Shown: one piece after another, positions 62,968 to 64,000 of the stretch
How positions within the stretch are numbered: the stretch's first letter is position 1
How the letters are laid out: the number at the start of each line of letters is the position of its first letter
Assembly (NCBI GenBank): GCA_964504585.1
Contig: CAZDEW010000002.1
Span: 33,862-97,861, forward strand
DNA: 64,000 nt
Direction of reading: 5' to 3'
DNA from: an uncultured Pseudomonadales bacterium
Lineage (GTDB): Bacteria > Pseudomonadota > Gammaproteobacteria > Pseudomonadales > UBA7434
The notes under the pieces: model-generated
Seen by the model: the letters and a program-made list of their open reading frames with translations, nothing else
What the model was told of the DNA's origin: nothing
Database searches by the model: none
Position numbers and translations under genes: made by a program

Positions 62968-64000
62968 ATGATGACTATGCGAGCTATATTGCCGGTTACG
63001 ATCCTAATTGCAGTGGTCGGGTGTTCTGGGGGCGGCGCTAGCGGCAGTGGCGTTGGCGGCTCTGGCGTCGGCACCAGCAGCGGCGCCGCGACATCGGGCG
63101 GAACGGGGCCATCCCAAACACCAGAGGAAATTGCCGAACAGTTTGGTCTGGATCCTTCCTTGCCACCGGGGGAAAACTTTGATTTGCTGAGCTGGAACCT
63201 CAATACCCCAGCAGCAGACAGTCGCGGCTTGTCCCAGCGTTTTGATGAAGATGATCTGGCTTCTGGCTTTACTGATCCTGACTATTTTTGGACCGGTGAA
63301 GACGGTGGTATGGTCTTTCGGGTCACCAATGCGGGCGCGACCACCTCGGCAGGTTCGATATACACCCGAAGCGAGCTGCGAGAGATGCTGCGACGCGGCA
63401 ATACCAACATCAATACGCGCAATAGCGACGGTACACCTAATCTCAACAACTGGGTTTTTTCTAGCGCGCCTTTATCAGCGCAAAATAGTGCGGGTGGTAT
63501 TGATGGGGAGCTGAAGGCGACCCTGGCTGTCAATGCGGTTACTAGTTCTGGAAGCGATAGCCGTGTTGGAAGAGTTATTGTTGGTCAGATTCATGCCAAA
63601 GATGATGAGCCAGTCAGGCTGTACTACAGAAAACTGCCCGGTAATTCGCGAGGCTCGGTTTATGCCGCACATGAAATAAGCGGCGGCGATGACATCTATT
63701 TTGAGATACTTGGGAGTCGAAGCAATAGTGCTTCTGATCCCGCAGCAGGTTTTGCTCTAGATGAAATCTGGTCTTACGAGATTCTCGCCGTAGGTAATCA
63801 ACTTACGGTGACAATACGCTCTGGAGATTTAGAGGGACCAGTCTTGGGTAGGGCTGAGGTCGACATGGGTCTTAGCGGCTACGATGTTGCAGATGACTTC
63901 ATGTACTTTAAAGCTGGAGCGTACAATCAGAACAACACGAGTGATGGTGGCCTGGGCGAGGATTATGCTCAAGTGACGTTTTATGCGTTGGAAGCAAGCC
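62968..64000 (+). CDS. PL7-family alginate lyase lipoprotein (3' end outside window)
   Basis: Not in ORF track because it is open-ended. Own translation from ATG 62968 (TGA immediately upstream): MMTMRAILPVTILIAVVGCSGGGASGSG... then ...YTRSELREML...VGQIHAKDDEP...YFKAGAYNQ, with no stop up to 64000. Collinear with the PL7 domain of the 881-aa protein. Confidence 0.85.
   Translation, partial: MMTMRAILPVTILIAVVGCSGGGASGSGVGGSGVGTSSGAATSGGTGPSQTPEEIAEQFGLDPSLPPGENFDLLSWNLNTPAADSRGLSQRFDEDDLASGFTDPDYFWTGEDGGMVFRVTNAGATTSAGSIYTRSELREMLRRGNTNINTRNSDGTPNLNNWVFSSAPLSAQNSAGGIDGELKATLAVNAVTSSGSDSRVGRVIVGQIHAKDDEPVRLYYRKLPGNSRGSVYAAHEISGGDDIYFEILGSRSNSASDPAAGFALDEIWSYEILAVGNQLTVTIRSGDLEGPVLGRAEVDMGLSGYDVADDFMYFKAGAYNQNNTSDGGLGEDYAQVTFYALEAS

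Noticed and set aside
62838-63203. 121-aa minus-strand ORF overlapping the start of the second PL7 gene
   Set aside because: It is a Pro-rich antisense translation of the Gly/Ser-rich linker region of the PL7 lipoprotein. No independent support was found.

Overview
This is a 64-kb chromosomal window. Gene content and order look gammaproteobacterial; this is inferred from the ccoNOQP-ccoGHIS-ompW-hemN-fnr synteny typical of Pseudomonas-like genomes, plus a marine polysaccharide-degrader locus. No database search was possible. Contents from left to right: (1) 1-8.8 kb holds an AraC-linked valine/isobutyrate-type acyl-CoA catabolic operon (acylating ALDH, ACAD, ECH, HIBCH-type hydrolase, MmsB), extended by a CitE-like lyase, an SDR and a second hydratase. 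(2) 8.8-22 kb is a microaerobic block: hemerythrin-like gene, yip1-ccoNOQP, ccoGHIS, TauE-like, ompW, hemN and fnr, with two perfect TTGAT-N4-ATCAA boxes. (3) Around 22-22.7 kb lies a tRNA-Arg(CCU). Its promoter and first 19 nt are triplicated in an exact 208-bp tandem repeat, and its 3' end is duplicated 101 bp downstream. (4) 23.8-27 kb is a DUF547 / radical-SAM Cys-rich (ArsS-type) / two-transferase cluster. (5) 27-45 kb is mixed: sirtuin, SDRs, arsR-arsI, a DUF642-like protein with a VPLPA-CTERM-like tail, and a cupredoxin-like + outer-membrane operon divergent from a degenerate-GGDEF/EAL sensor. (6) 45.8-64 kb is an alginate-type utilisation locus: GntR regulator, TonB-dependent receptor, two PL7 lyases, a beta-helix enzyme and a triple-repeat lipoprotein. 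The most unusual content is in block 6. An unannotated ~253-aa module occurs six times across three adjacent secreted proteins, each ending in a PEP-CTERM-like tail. One of those genes is broken by a 32-nt segment carrying stop codons in all three frames. The locus also has a recurring 15-nt operator-like palindrome. No CRISPR array, integrase, transposase or prophage genes were seen.
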